A stretch of 64,000 bases of DNA, from positions 30,566,001 through 30,630,000 of the forward strand of contig OX597827.1 of the NCBI GenBank assembly GCA_951406725.2, in the 5' to 3' direction. The notes below the pieces were generated by a model that was given only the letters and a program-made list of their open reading frames with translations, did no database searches and had not been told where the DNA came from. How positions within the stretch are numbered: the stretch's first letter is position 1; each line of letters opens with the position of its first letter. This DNA is from Octopus vulgaris (Eukaryota). The position numbers and the translations under genes were made by a program. Shown piece after piece: positions 25,079 to 38,556 of this stretch.

Positions 25079-26525
25079 TATACGGATGCAGTGTGACGGT
25101 CCGGGAGTCAACGACGGAACCCATACATTGTCGCTCGACTTGCTACAATTAGCAATCAAATCTCTTTCTAAAATGTATCCCACTGTCTTAATAATCGATT
25201 TATATATTTTGTTTAGTCGTAGTACTACAAACTGACCGTTTGTCGTGAGGTCCTACCCGGATAGCAATGCGTTGTGACATGCCTCTCATTAGCATACAAG
25301 AAATAATTTGAACAACCATTCATTAACTTTGTAGAGCGTTAAAAAAATATTTAGCATTCAAGGTGCAGGCGTGGAAGTGTGGTAAGAAGTTTGCTTTCCA
25401 ACCACATGGTTTCCAGTTCAGTCCCACTGCGTGGCACTTTGAGCAAGCGTCTTCTACTATAGCCTCGGGCCGACCAAAGTCTCTTGTGAGTGGATTTGAT
25501 ACAAAGAAACTGAAACGCATATATATATATATGTGTGTGTGTGTGTGTCTCTGTCAATCCACGGCTTGTGTTTATGTCCCCTAAACTTAACTGTTCGGTA
25601 AAACAGACTGGTAGGATAAAAACCAGGCTTTAAAAGAAACAAGCACTGGGGGCGATTCATTCAACTAAAACTTTTTCAAGCCGTTGCCCCAGCATGGCCT
25701 CAGTTTAATGACTGAAACAAGTAAAAGATAAAACATTCTATAATCAGTGAAATAAATGCTTCTATCAATCGTCTTAACCCCCCCCCCCCCCCCATCCACA
25801 CACACACGAATTTAAAGCTTTGCACAACTATCAGAAATCAAAGGGATGGTCTGTAACAAATCTGGTGGGATTCTGATCAGTTTGGAGCAATCAAAAACTT
25901 TTGTTGACTTTGGCAACAGTCCTTAAACCAGCAGCTGCTTTTGGTCCTGTTTTCCAAGATTAGATCACTTCAACACATTGACATCTGTTCAGTAATCAGA
26001 ATATATGGCTACATATCACAACTGTTTTGATTTGCATGCTCTGTCTTTCAAGGATATCCCCTCTCATTCCTTCTGTATGTACTGACTCTCAGGCCACTAT
26101 TACAGAAATTGGAGGTGTTGAAGGCATCTGGTTCAAACTGGAATGCAGGTGAGCCATGTTGACACTGTGCAGACTTTAACAGTGTCACTTCAACAGTGTC
26201 AGACACCATAGATGATGAGTTGGTTGGCATCATTTTAAAGCAGTAAGAAATAGGGATAAAGCACTGATTAACAATGGGCTTGCAACTTGGTTAATTAGAA
26301 AGACAAGTCCATGTTGTTAGACAGTGTTGTGAGGCATAGGATGGATGGACCAGTAAGTTGCCCTGGGTCTGGTTTCGTCTAGATTTCCATGTGGTTAGGA
26401 AGTGAAATGAGGCTTCAAGCAGAGTAGTCAGTTCACCTAGAAATAGGTTGAGAGAAAACTGTTCTGTAAGGTTAGTGACCAACAGATATATAGACTTTGT
26501 TATATATTGTTGCCCGTCTTGTTAT

Positions 26526-26812
26526 ATACTGTTGCATGGCAATGCACACCCTCATATGGCCACCCACACTGTTGAAACCATTGAAAAATTGTTTCAAGCA
26601 GCTGGAACACCCTCCATACAGTGCAAATGTCCCTTTGAAGTATCACTTCTTTGGACCACTCAAACATCCTTTACAAGATTGTTGATTTGCAATAAAGGAA
26701 GAAGTGCATGAATAGTTGCTTGACTAGCCAAAAATCTTCTCCAATGGAACTAGCAAGCTTGTGGACTGCTGGAAGAAGTACGTCGAAAGAAAAGAGACTG
26801 TGTCAAAAAAAA
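26526..26812 (+). pseudogene. Degenerate mariner transposase C-terminus
   Basis: LLHGNAHPH (HDNARPH), LEHPPYS...YHFFGPLKH (HPPYSPDLAPSDYHLF) and KLVDCWKKYVE, across frameshifts. Confidence 0.8.
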
Positions 26813-28502
26813 TTGTGTAATTGTTCAAACCCAGCTTTTGTTTTAATAAATTGCAGAAACAAGAATGCATATAATTTTTGACCTAAACTTGAACATAGGT
26901 ACAAGGTACTGGCATGGCTGTGTGGTTAAAAGGCTTGCATTCAAACTATGTGGCTTTGTGTTCAGTCCTACTGCACAGGATGTTGTGAAAGTGACATCTA
27001 CCAAAGCCCAGTGAGTAGATTTGGTCGATAGAAACTGAAAGAAACCTATTTGTGTGTGTGTGCGAGCATGACCTTGTTTTGAAACCATGTGATGGTTGTA
27101 AATGAGCATCAGCATCAAACGGGTGTTGTTTGTTTCCAGTCTTCTGTGAAAAGCATGTCTGGCCATGAGGAAATATTACCTTGCTTGGAAAAGGTGAGGG
27201 TTGGTGGCTGAAAAGGCATCTAGCTGTAGAAAATCTGCCTAAACAATTTCCACCTGACCCATGTAAGCATGGAAAACTTGATGGTGGTGGTGGTGATGGT
27301 GACACTACTGCGGCTGCTGCACAAAGCTTGATTTTTTTCATTTTTCATGATGAGAGAAAAAGGTTAATTGATCAAACTGACATCAGTATTTGACTGGTAC
27401 TTTAATTTATCAGTCCCAGATGTGAGAAAGGCAAAGCTGGCCTCAGCAGAATTTGAACTCAGATTGTAAAGGTAATTATGCTAACTTTTTGCCCATTTTT
27501 AATAATAATTGTTTCTAATTTTGGTACAATGTCAGCAATAATGAGATCTGGGGGTGCTAATCAATAGCATTACATCTTTATTAGTTTATTTTATCAGCCC
27601 CTCCTCCCCACCACTGCCAAAAAAAGATGAACCTCAACAAGATTTGAACTAAGAAATACTGCAAGGCATTCTGTCCCAATTCTCAACAATTCAGCCAATT
27701 AATCCACTGCCTTTTTTAAAAATAGAAATATATAGCAAGATTATTGAAGTATTCACCTATAAATAAATATAACAGCTATAATTTTGTTTTGGCTAATATT
27801 GATTCTAAATTTGTGCTTATTTTCAGTTCTTCCATTTTAAAAATAGAGATAACTATAAAAGTATTATTTTATTTTATTTGACAGAAATGTAATGCTTTTT
27901 TTTTTATATAACATTCTAGGGTTTTGGTGGGGTTTATTTTAAAATTATTTTTTTCCAATAGAGAGAGCAGTTTAAACTGAGGATCATGTTAACACATTTT
28001 CTATTTTAGATTATCATCATAAAATACTTTTTTGGAGTTTATTTTTATCAAATTTTATTCATTGGCTAGGTGGGTAGACCTCTGTGTGTGTGATATCTTC
28101 ATCATCATTTTATATTTATTTTTCTTTAGTGGCACAAGCTGACAGATTTGTTCCATCATCACAGGAAATGATAAAGAATCACAACAAGTGATTCTTTGTC
28201 ATTTCCTTTGAGAGTCATCAGTCTAAAATCAACCTTCACCCGATCTACATGCAGAATTCCAGATTGAATTTGGATTAAACTTTCACTTTATCAACAGCAT
28301 AGCTGTACATGGCTTGCAACACTCACACAAGCCATTCATCTACTTACTGTTCTCCCAACAACCAATGAATTACACAGTGTGGTGCTTTGTTAAAAGCATT
28401 TTCCAAGTCGACAAATGCTTGTTAAAGTGGTTTGCTTGTAGCTAAGCACTTCTGTAACTTTGCCTCATTAAAAATAGAACAATGGCTGGTGATATTCATG
28501 TG

Positions 28503-28775
28503 CAGTGGCGGACTGGCCAGGTTGCCAGCTTACCTGATGGCAAGTGGGTCCCTGCACCATTAAAATCCGTATATGGAGGCCCATCCCCTCAAATTTGAGA
28601 ATTTTTTATTCACTCCTGGAAGAATGCATTAATTATTTCAGCCTGGTCATATTTGTAGACAGTTGAAAAGAATACTTTTAACAAAAAAAAAAAAAATTGA
28701 ATGATAGCATTGTAGTTGCGGGTGGGCCCCCTTAGTCTCCTGGCAACCAATATTTTTAGACCCAGTCCCCCACTA
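28503..28775. mobile_element. hAT-type MITE inserted in a degraded RTE remnant
   Basis: TIRs cagtggcggactgg / ccagtcccccacta. 8-bp flanks ttcatgtg / ctcatatg (6/8 identical). Confidence 0.7.
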
Positions 28776-29363
28776 CTCATATGTTGCACAAACTTCAGAC
28801 AACATCTCAGCTAAACTAATTTTCTTCCTAATTAGCTGTGCTATAACTCCTTGCTTCTTTCATAAATTAATTTCCATCAAGCTAACACCTCTGTTGTTGC
28901 TGCTTTCTCAATCAGTTTTGTCTTTAGCAGTTGTTGTTGATGATACTCTGCTAGTCCTTGGGAACAATGCCTCTCTGTCCTACTTGATTGATAATATGAA
29001 TAACTAGTGTGTGTCTTTATCAAATATTTTCAATATCTTGACAATTAGCCTCAGGATTCTGCTGTTTTCTCTACCTCTCAAATCCTTAATGTATTTTTTT
29101 CTATTGTTGTAATCCACCTTAATAGACAGTTCTTCTTTTGAATCTCCTTCAGGGTTGTCTGTCTCTCTCTCTCTCTTCTATATATTCTCTTCATAGCAGT
29201 ATTTCTATGCCTCTTTCTTCTCACCAGCAGTGGGAATGAGTGTACCACTATCATATACATGTATATGGACCTACAAATTGATATACATGTGCATATGTCT
29301 ATACACACATGCACACATACAAACACACAATTATATAAAGACATGGATTTTTTTTAATTTCAG

Positions 29364-29426
29364 CTCCTTGCTCAAGCAGCAAAAAATTTTGCATTCCAAG
29401 AAAACACCATCAACAATTCTTTAGAG
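29364..29426 (+). CDS. BORCS7: BORCS7 exon 2 (LLAQAAKNFAFQENTINNSLE)
   Basis: tttaatttcAG acceptor and GTaagt donor. Matches LLGQAARNMVLQEDAI of BORCS7. 63 nt. Confidence 0.92.
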
Positions 29427-32231
29427 GTAAGTTGTAGATGTAATACTTCTACATAGTACAACATTATTTGTTGCTGTATACATTATATATTTACATATTT
29501 AGCTGATTAAAAGTTATTATTAATTAGAATATAGTTCTTTGGACTATTAACCTCTCTTGCCTTTAGAGATGAACATTGTTACAATCAGTTTAACATCTTA
29601 TCTTTATCAAGTTTCTTACTCCTGAATGTGTACATGGTACAAGACTGGATTCAAACTAGTATCCTTTATTTTTTATGGTACTACAGCCTTAAACAAAACT
29701 TTATTTGGTCTAAAGGGAAAGAAAAGCTTTTGTTAACAACTTTTATAAACTCTCCAAAACTAGTGAGATTGGCTTGGTGAATGTTCCTTTCAAAATATTG
29801 CAAGTGAATAGCTGCAGAGAATTCCAAATTGCCTACATCCTGATGCTCATAGTGGGTAGTGTTAAATGAATATTGCGGATGAGAGGAGGAAAGAACAAAG
29901 ATCAAACCAATTGAATTGTGTAGATGTAAATATGAAAAAAATTTTCCTTTCCATCTTTAAAGAAAAAGATAGTAATCTTAAAAATTATAATCGTATATTC
30001 AATGATTCCTTCTCTTCCGCATTTCTTAGTGACAGCATGGATGACTGACTTTATAGGATACCAGACAACCAACCAGAAATTGATAGTTCATACCATATCA
30101 CAAGTGATTCAGTGCATGAATAACCAAGACATTTAGTGCCCAACAGCCCAGCCATCTCATTTTAAATAGGTACCATAGCAGGGTGAAATCAGCAACAGTA
30201 AGGAAACATTAATGAGGGATATTTGTCTTTGTAATGAGCTAAATTAATTTCTCTCAGTATTGCAAAAAAAAAAAGTATATATGAAAAACTGGCATCCTGA
30301 CCAGTAAGGTTGAATTGTTTGCCTTTTGTCTGTTTGATGCCACAACATCTGAGTGAATCACAGACAAATTAAAAAAGGATAAACACTGATTGCATATGGC
30401 TTATTCTCTATGCAGTAGGTTGGCTACACTGATGAGATCAACTGACTGAGAGTTCAGAAGATAAGGAATAAAAATAACTATTAACACTTTTGCTGCCATA
30501 AACCTGTTAAAATACACTGACTTTGTTTTGATTAATTTTGAAAATATTGAAGAATTTATTAAAATAACATTGTCATTATTAATCTGGTGCTTGAAATATA
30601 TTTTTTCATGAAATTTGGATCACTACAAAATAAAGAATTTGTATCATAGATCAGGGGCTGTCTCAAGGTAGTTCTTATCAAAAGGAGTTAATTATGATGA
30701 TGATGATAACAACACTTTTTATAGGGCCTCCATTAGTTACAGTTGACCATGCATCTGCATCTATATGTGCTGGCCTAGGCAAGGATTTTTCGTGAAGGAC
30801 TTGAAGTTGTTCATACAGGCAAATCTTCACTCTCCTTGCCTCCAGTGTTATCCAAGGAAGAGGATATTCTAATTGGCCAATAAAGCTTGGCACCATCGTT
30901 GTTGAAGGCATTTCCTTCAGAATGCAAAGAGGTAGTACACTTACTGCAAGACATCTTGTCTGATGTTTTAACAGTTCCACCAATCCCTGGTTTTGATACT
31001 ATTTTTTTTATCTATGAAATGATGGAAATTGACCTTGCAGGAATTTGAACTCAGAACATAGAAAGTTAGAATAAACACCAATATATTTCTAGTATTTATT
31101 GATTCTATAAACTCAGTGGGACTAATCTAAATACTATAACAAACCTGATGCTTCTAAATATCACAGAACAGTAGGGTCTATCATAGAAATATATCACATA
31201 GTAATATTCTAATGCCTCTTCCAATTTGCCATCTAATGACAACAGTACTGATGATTAAGTAGGACTGACTAAATTCGTTATTGCATGTAGTTTATTATTG
31301 CAGTTTTCTGACTCCAAATTCTGGTTGATTAAAGGTAAGCTATACTACTTGTCCTTATCATCCTTATTATTTTATAATAGTCATTTTCCATGCTCTCTTA
31401 TCATGGAAATGTTTATAATACCTCGAATACCTTTTGAACAGCTTTAATTTTGGGGTGTGAAATATATGAGAGAAATTTCCATTCCTGGACAATCTTAGTT
31501 ACTTTCTCAACAGGTAAATCAAGGTCTGTAAAAGTAAGTGATGATTAATAAATGTGGAATGTAGCTGACAAATTATAGAGGGATAAGACTAAATGCAGTC
31601 AGGGACATAGTCCAGTCCTTTTGCCATTTTTTATTAAATTCCACTGCCATTTTCTAACAAGGCTGTATAAACCACTGCACCTTCCAGTTGAGATAACACA
31701 AGCAACTAATGAACACAACTGGGATTACAAAGATACACGATTTTAACATTATTAATAACTTCTTAGTGTGTGAATTATTTAGGAAGTGTTTTACTTTCTA
31801 AAGAATTCATAAATTTTTTAACATTCTTGTGCAGTAGACTACAATTTTTTATATTTGATTAGCAGTTTTAGGATGTTATATTATTACTTAGCAATTCACT
31901 TGCAACTTCAGCAAGCATTATGACAGCTATTCTTCACTGATGAGAAAAGAATAAGACTAAATTGTGTCCAGAGTTGTCTTCCATGCTTACTTGAACAATG
32001 AAAATACAATTAGTCACTGACTAACATTGTTTATTCAGTATTAATTATTTATTTCTAGTAAACTTTTTGATACGTCATAAATTAATCATTAACTTAACTC
32101 TTTTTCATCAGTAATCTTGCTAAGTAAAGAGAGTAAATACTGTTCCTTCAGTGTGGTATTTTATCAGAACCTAAATGCTATTGATTCCTTTTTTTTTTTT
32201 CTCACTCAACATGTTTTGATTCTCCTTGCAG

Positions 32232-32275
32232 ACATTAAAGAAAATGGACATGATAAAATCTCAGCTTGAATTTCA
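32232..32275 (+). CDS. BORCS7: BORCS7 exon 3 (TLKKMDMIKSQLEF|Q)
   Basis: ctccttgcAG acceptor and GTaagt donor. Matches SLRKMAIITTHLQYQ. 44 nt. Confidence 0.9.
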
Positions 32276-33687
32276 GTAAGTCTTTGTTAACATCTCCTCA
32301 TTCAACAACAGTGACAACACCCATAGCCTCTGATGGTTAGCTGGTAAGGGAGAGAGTGCATGCGATGGTTAATCATAGAAATGGCTGATGACAAGAGTGT
32401 GATGGCTGTGCCTAGGAAAAGGAGTGATGGATAGCTATAGAGTAGGGTGAGATCCCAGTAAAAGAGAGTTTAGATTCAATAATCCAGATGGCAATAGATG
32501 TCAATAAAAGAGTGATCTGTAAAAGAAGGAACGTTGGCTTACAGTACAAGATGGTAAATGAAGTGGTGGATCAGACAACTATAGATCCACTGTAATACCT
32601 CTTTATTCAAGCATAGTGATTGGAGTATGACACAGAATATAACAAGGCTGGCCCTTTGAGATACAGATACTACCCATGTTTGCCAAGTGAGTGAACTCAA
32701 TCTCCCTGAGAACTAAATTACGACTACGCATGTCTGTGGAGTGCTCAGCCACTTGCACATTAATTTCATGAGCAGGCTGTTCCATTGATCAGATCAACTG
32801 GAACACTCATTGTCATAACTGATAGAGTGCCAGTGTGTGTGATTGGAGTCTATGTGTGTATGTAATAAAGCACAATCAGTTCAGCTTGTTAACATTGGAA
32901 AATATGACTTTCTCAAAATATAACTTATAAAGAATGCATTAGGGTGAACTCATATCCACAACATTTAACATTTTAAAATTTCACACACACACACACTCAC
33001 TCACAATCATGCAATTTTCAACCTTCATCCAGCTCCCAACATTTTTTTCAAACAGTAAAATTTTGCATGCATACATATATATATATAAACCTCATAAATA
33101 CAGTCACATAATTAAATATTTTAATTTTGATGCATCATCTATAATTTATCTAACTCCTGCAGATAATCTATATAGTGAATCTGATGTAAACATGAATATG
33201 TTGATGTAAAACCAAACCAGAATGTTCACCATTTCAAAATTTTGCTGAAAAGCATCTGGCCAAAGTGAATAGGTACATTTGACCATGCAATCTGCAACTA
33301 CTGTTATTATTATAATCCACCCTCAGTGGATTATAATGATAAGAGTGGTGGCAATGTCAGCTAAAACAAACAATGATGACACTTAGACTTTGCAATGTAA
33401 TTTTGGCAAAGCTTTGCAAGTGAGATCATGCTGTATAAATAAGTCCATCAGTGAGATGTGTATGAGTGAGGAGGGAGGGCTACCATTTGGAAGAATTTTG
33501 AAATTTTAAGATTTTGTTGGTTCATACTCGGGGATGGAGTAGTTTAAGATTATTCTTTTGATATGTATAGCAGCACACACACATACACATATACACACAT
33601 GTGCTCACGTGCGCGCACACACACACACACACATTGCTTTCTTTGACGATAGTGTATTAACCTGAATCTGTTTGCTTTTCCTTTCAG

Positions 33688-33708
33688 GTTTGCAGCTGTA
33701 GAACGTAG
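33688..33708 (+). CDS. BORCS7: BORCS7 exon 4, 21-nt microexon (Q|FAAVER|S)
   Basis: cttttcctttcAG acceptor and GTaagt donor. Phase 2 on both sides. Fills the gap corresponding to QEAIQKN in vertebrate BORCS7. Confidence 0.85.
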   Translation, partial: VCSCRT

Positions 33709-34930
33709 GTAAGTTTAGTGCCAAAGAATTTTCTGTTTCAATAAAACTAACATTATATTCTATTTTGGTTGGGAAAGAGGAGGTGGTTTTATATAAAAGA
33801 AATTTATTGATCTATAACCTATTTCAATTAAAATTTTAATTATTAATAGATCTGCAGTAAAAATTACTGAAGATCTATCTCTGTGATGTGTTCTTTACCT
33901 TAAATAAAATATTTCAAATATTCATGAGTATGAAACCTATCAGCTTTATCTATTTGTAATTTATTCATATCATGCTTAGGATCAGGGAATTATTCTTCTT
34001 GTCATCACTATAGTGCCTCTCTCTCTCTCTCTCTCTCGAATGGTACAAAAAGAAAACATATGTGAGTGTTGTAATGAATGTATATATGTATGTGTCATCC
34101 CACCATGTTGGACAGCTGAACTCTACACAGTTTTTCTCTTTCTGTTTTTTTTTGTTATTCTCTCTTCATTTTTTCCTCTTATTCTTTTCTGTCGAAGAGC
34201 GAAGGCTTGAAATGTAAAAGACTTTTCCATTTTTCCTGAGCAGTAAACTAATACACCTGCTTGTTGTTCCTACACCTGTCTTCATATTTCGTTTTTTTTT
34301 TATTTTGTAAATTTGAACTATATATATATACTTGTTTATTTTTGACTAATTAATTTTGAATTACCCTGTATATACTGGAGGGAAGGTAGAGAACAGGTGA
34401 CAACTGCAGAGATTGAGCAGGGTTGACAAGTAGATGTAGTGAATGGTGGATAAGGACTGGTGGGGAGTGATAAATGATACACATGAGTTGCAGGAAGAGC
34501 AGAAGATAGACTGACCATGCAGAAAAGGGTGGGTGGGTGAAGAGCAGTAACATAGTAAGGAGAAGGATGAGAAAGAGTGAAAGAGAGAGAGAAAGTGTGT
34601 GTGTAGTTTAGTAGGGTGCAAGAGTCTGAGTAAAGACAGGCAAGTGTAGCATGTGGAAAAAGTGAGAGATGCATGGTGGTAACAAAGGATAATTTGATTG
34701 CATAGAAGGGTGATCACTGAAAAATGTGTGTGGAGAGGGAGATCATTAAGAATGAAGGAAGGATTGCCTTTTATCTTGTTACACAATCAATAAAATAAGT
34801 ACAGGTTGTGTAATACATTAAGGATAATCCAATCAGTTCTATTCCTTCCTCTATAAATTTGATGTGTTCTTACCAAATATTGAAAATCCTTCGTGTTGCA
34901 TTTCCTTTTTATTTTTTATTCTTTGTCCAG

Positions 34931-34982
34931 CACTGTGACATTGGATGACATTCAAGACCAGCTAAAAACTATTCAAAGATGA
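34931..34982 (+). CDS. BORCS7: BORCS7 terminal coding exon (TVTLDDIQDQLKTIQR*)
   Basis: tctttgtccAG acceptor. D.QDQL motif then TGA. Spliced CDS totals 300 nt (99 aa + stop). Confidence 0.9.
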
Positions 34983-35152
34983 CACAGCTTATCCTATAGT
35001 CAAATCTTCTTTAGAAAAACAACCAGATTCCACAAAAGAAAAGGAATAAAAAGAAAGAGAAAAAAAAACAAAATCTTTTTTCAGCTCTGCTAATTTCCAA
35101 GAAAATATTTCAACTGTTTACTAATTGCCTTGCATTGATTGTCTTTAAATGA

Positions 35153-35199
35153 AATAAAGTATAAAATATAAATTATGAAAAAGCATTCCTTTTAATAAA
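35153..35199 (+). terminator. Candidate polyadenylation signals of BORCS7
   Basis: AATAAA at 35153 and 35194 followed by a GT/T-rich tract. Another AATAAA lies at 35045. Confidence 0.5.
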
Positions 35200-37273
35200 G
35201 ATTTGTTTCTGTATGTATGTGTGTGTGTGTGAGTAATATTGAGATTATTAAAATTATTTTAAACTTTGAAATTGTGTTTGTTGTTCTTTGAAATTTGTAT
35301 GACATTGTTTTTTTACAGAGAAACTGACAGACGTTTCCCTTGTCTACACATGTGTCTGTTCACTAATTACACTGTGTAACATGATTTTTGTCCTTGGGCA
35401 GCAACTGTTATTTCCTATTTGTTTACCCCTAGAAAGTATGAAAAATGGCTAATATTTCCCTCAAACTTTGCCTTTGTTACATTTTTCAAACCTCAAAAAA
35501 TCCCTCTCAACACACGACTATGATGCTCCCCCACTACAGCTGCTCATGATCAAAGATACACATATTGTCAGCTACTAAGGGACATGTTCAAGTGGTTAAC
35601 GTTGAGCAAAATATTTGCTATAACGATATTTCTTCTTCAGCTCAGCACTGAATCTGTCTGAAATGTAATGGAAAATTGGTCAGTTTCAAAACATTAACAT
35701 CCAGGTCACAAAAACAAAGTCTGAAGGGAATAGTAATTTTCTTTTGATTTCTAGATAGAAACAACTAGGAAATAACACTTACTGACCAAAGACAAAAAAA
35801 AAAAATTAAAATTTTGTTACACAATATTATTAACAATTGCTTTGCTAATAGTGTCATTCACTTCCAGTCCATTATGAAAATAAGTCCAAGCCTCTTGACA
35901 TGTCTTGATGTGTTGCACAACTTTATAAAGAAAAATCTCATTCGTACAGTGTCATTTGTTTTCAATTCTTCACGCAAGCTTGCCTAGAATTGGAAAGTGG
36001 AGAGGGGCATCAAGCCGTAGAAAATTCCAACTCAAAATACTCTCATCTGACCCATGCAAGCTTGGAGAAGTTGATGATGATAATGATGGTGGTGGTCCAG
36101 AATGACGATTAAGCATGTGTATAGACATGAGGTGAGCACAACACAGCAGATATAATTCTATATTCTAAACAAGAGTAGCTCAGTGTGAAAGGATGGTAGG
36201 AACGGGAGGTTTTCATTACAGTGATCACTTTAAAGCTGTTACTGGCCAGTGAACTTGTATGATGACAGAATACATTCTGTTGAACCATACTAAGGAGACT
36301 CAAAAGTCATCAATGGTTTCTACAATCCAGCAAAATTTAAAGAACTAAACAATGGCACCACTAATCACTGCTGCTGCTTCTGCAATAGTCTGCTGTTAAC
36401 TCACTAATGAGGAATCCACTATGTGGCCTCTTAGTCTGCTAGAAATCATTCCTATCATCTTAGATATACTCAGTCACAGACGAACTGGGAATTACATACC
36501 ACTGGTGACAACAGCTAATCTGTAACTCTTTCCTCCAACTGAAAATGGGGTTTTGAAGCAAATTTCTTAACCATACATCTATCAGAGTCTGCGCCCATCA
36601 TCATCATCCTTTAACATCCGTTTTCCATGCTGGCATGGGCTAGACAGTTTGACAGGTATGGAGAGCCAGCAGCTGCACTAGGCTCCAATCTGATCTGGCA
36701 ATGTTTCTACAGTTGGATGCCCTTCCTAATGCCAACCACTCATACAAGTTCACTGGCCAGTAACAGCTTTAAGATGATCACTGTATGCTAATGAAAACCT
36801 CCCATTCCTACCATCCATTCACACTGAGCTACTTTTGTAGTGGGTGCTGTTTACATGCCACCAGCACAGGAGCCAGTCAGGCAGGCCTGGTATCAATCAC
36901 ATATATATATCAACAACAATAATTCTTTCAAATTTTTGCACAAGGCCAGCAATTTCAGGGGAGTGGATAAAGCGATTACATCACCCCCCACCTCCGTGTT
37001 CAACTGGTTCTTATCTTAAATACCTTGAAAGAAAAAACGTTAACGATTCTGCTAGTTCACTGCCTTTAATAATCGTTTCTACAATAAGCACAAGGCCTGA
37101 AATTTGAGTGCTTGTTGATTACATCAACCACAAGCTCAACTTATTCCATTGACCCTGAAAGGATAAAAGGCAAAGTCAATCTCAGTAGCATTTGAACTCA
37201 GGATGTAAAGCTTGAAGAAATGCTGCTCAGCAATGATACCAGCCTTGTGCCAAAATTTGAAGCCAATAATTAT

Positions 37274-37776
37274 AACAAGAACACTCAGAGAGCACAAACC
37301 TCTACCAAGGCAACACCAACATCTTCTCAATGACTAGCTGGTGATGATTTTTAAAATGAGAATATCTGAAATAAACTCGACTGTTCTCACAAACGAGAAT
37401 ATTAAAAGTTAACCTGACTGCTCTCAAAATTAAGTAAAAAGATAGGAAAAATAATCCAGAATCCTTTTCCAGTACCAGATTGATCCCAAAATCTAATCAG
37501 TTCATGCCAGTCATAAGGCCAAACATTCCTGAAATTTTCATCTGAATCCATCCATCAGTTCTTGAGATATCTTGTCCATAGTCAAACAAACAAACACAAC
37601 TGAAACAATACCTGTTTCTTTACTACCCACAAGGGGCTAAACACAGAGAGGACAAACAAGGACAAACAAACAGATTAAGTCGATTACATCGACCCCAGTG
37701 CGTAACTGGTACTTAATTTATCGACCCTGAAAGGATGAAACAATACCTCCGCCTTCGCTAAGGCAGAGGTAATAAT
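37274..37776 (-). mobile_element. Second HINE copy, with a truncated SINE B insertion (about 37613-37740)
   Basis: Reverse complement of 1896-2365. Insertion bounded by duplicated tgaaacaatacc. Confidence 0.7.
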
Positions 37777-38282
37777 GGTAATAAAGCAGTTTGGGGGGAG
37801 GGGTTAAGTTGATGACATTGACCCCAGTGTCCAACTAATAATCATTTCGTCAAACCCAAAAGGATAAAAAGCAAAGTTGACCTCAACAAAATTTGAACTC
37901 AGTACATAAAGATGGACAAAATGCCGATAAGCATTTTGCCCAGCATGCTAATGATTCTGCCAGCTCACCTCCTTAATAATAATAATAATAATAATAATAA
38001 TATTTCATTTTTGTATTTGGTTTGCAAGATTCTTTATGTGAATTCCTGTGTTGAAGCATATTTTATTGTGTCTGGGGAGATTCATTCTGTTTTAATGCCT
38101 TATTAATGAACACACTCACTAGTTCGATTTCCACTCATTTATTTTTTTTTTCTAAAATTTTTGTTGCTTCTTGCAACCTCTTCAATAGTTGTTGACTCTG
38201 TCTGTAACTGGAATGCAGATCTCTTAACAGACAGAGTTTGCAAGAAGCAACGAAAATTTTAGAAAAAAATAAATAAGTAAAT

Positions 38283-38556
38283 GAGTGGCACATGGCTCAT
38301 GGCACATGGCTCAGTGGTTAGAGTGTCGAGCTTACGGTCGTGAGATTGTGAGTTCAAATTCCGGACCAGGCTGTGTGTTGTGTTCTTGAGCAAGACACTT
38401 TATTTCACGTTGCTCCAGTTCACTCAGCTGTAGAAATGAGTTGCGATGTCACAAGTGCTAAGCTGTATCACCCTTTGCCTTTCCCTTGGATAACACTGGT
38501 AGCATAGAGAGGGGAGGTTGGTATGCATGGGCAACTGCTGGTCTTCCATAAACAAC
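38283..38556 (+). mobile_element. SINE family C copy
   Basis: tggctcagtggttagag...gagttcaaattcc head. Body colinear with the 16157-16497 element. Confidence 0.8.

Noticed and set aside
28135-28225. Minus-strand hammerhead using the 28159-28211 hairpin as stem II
   Set aside because: CTGATGA is present, but GAAA reads GGAA and stem I does not pair.
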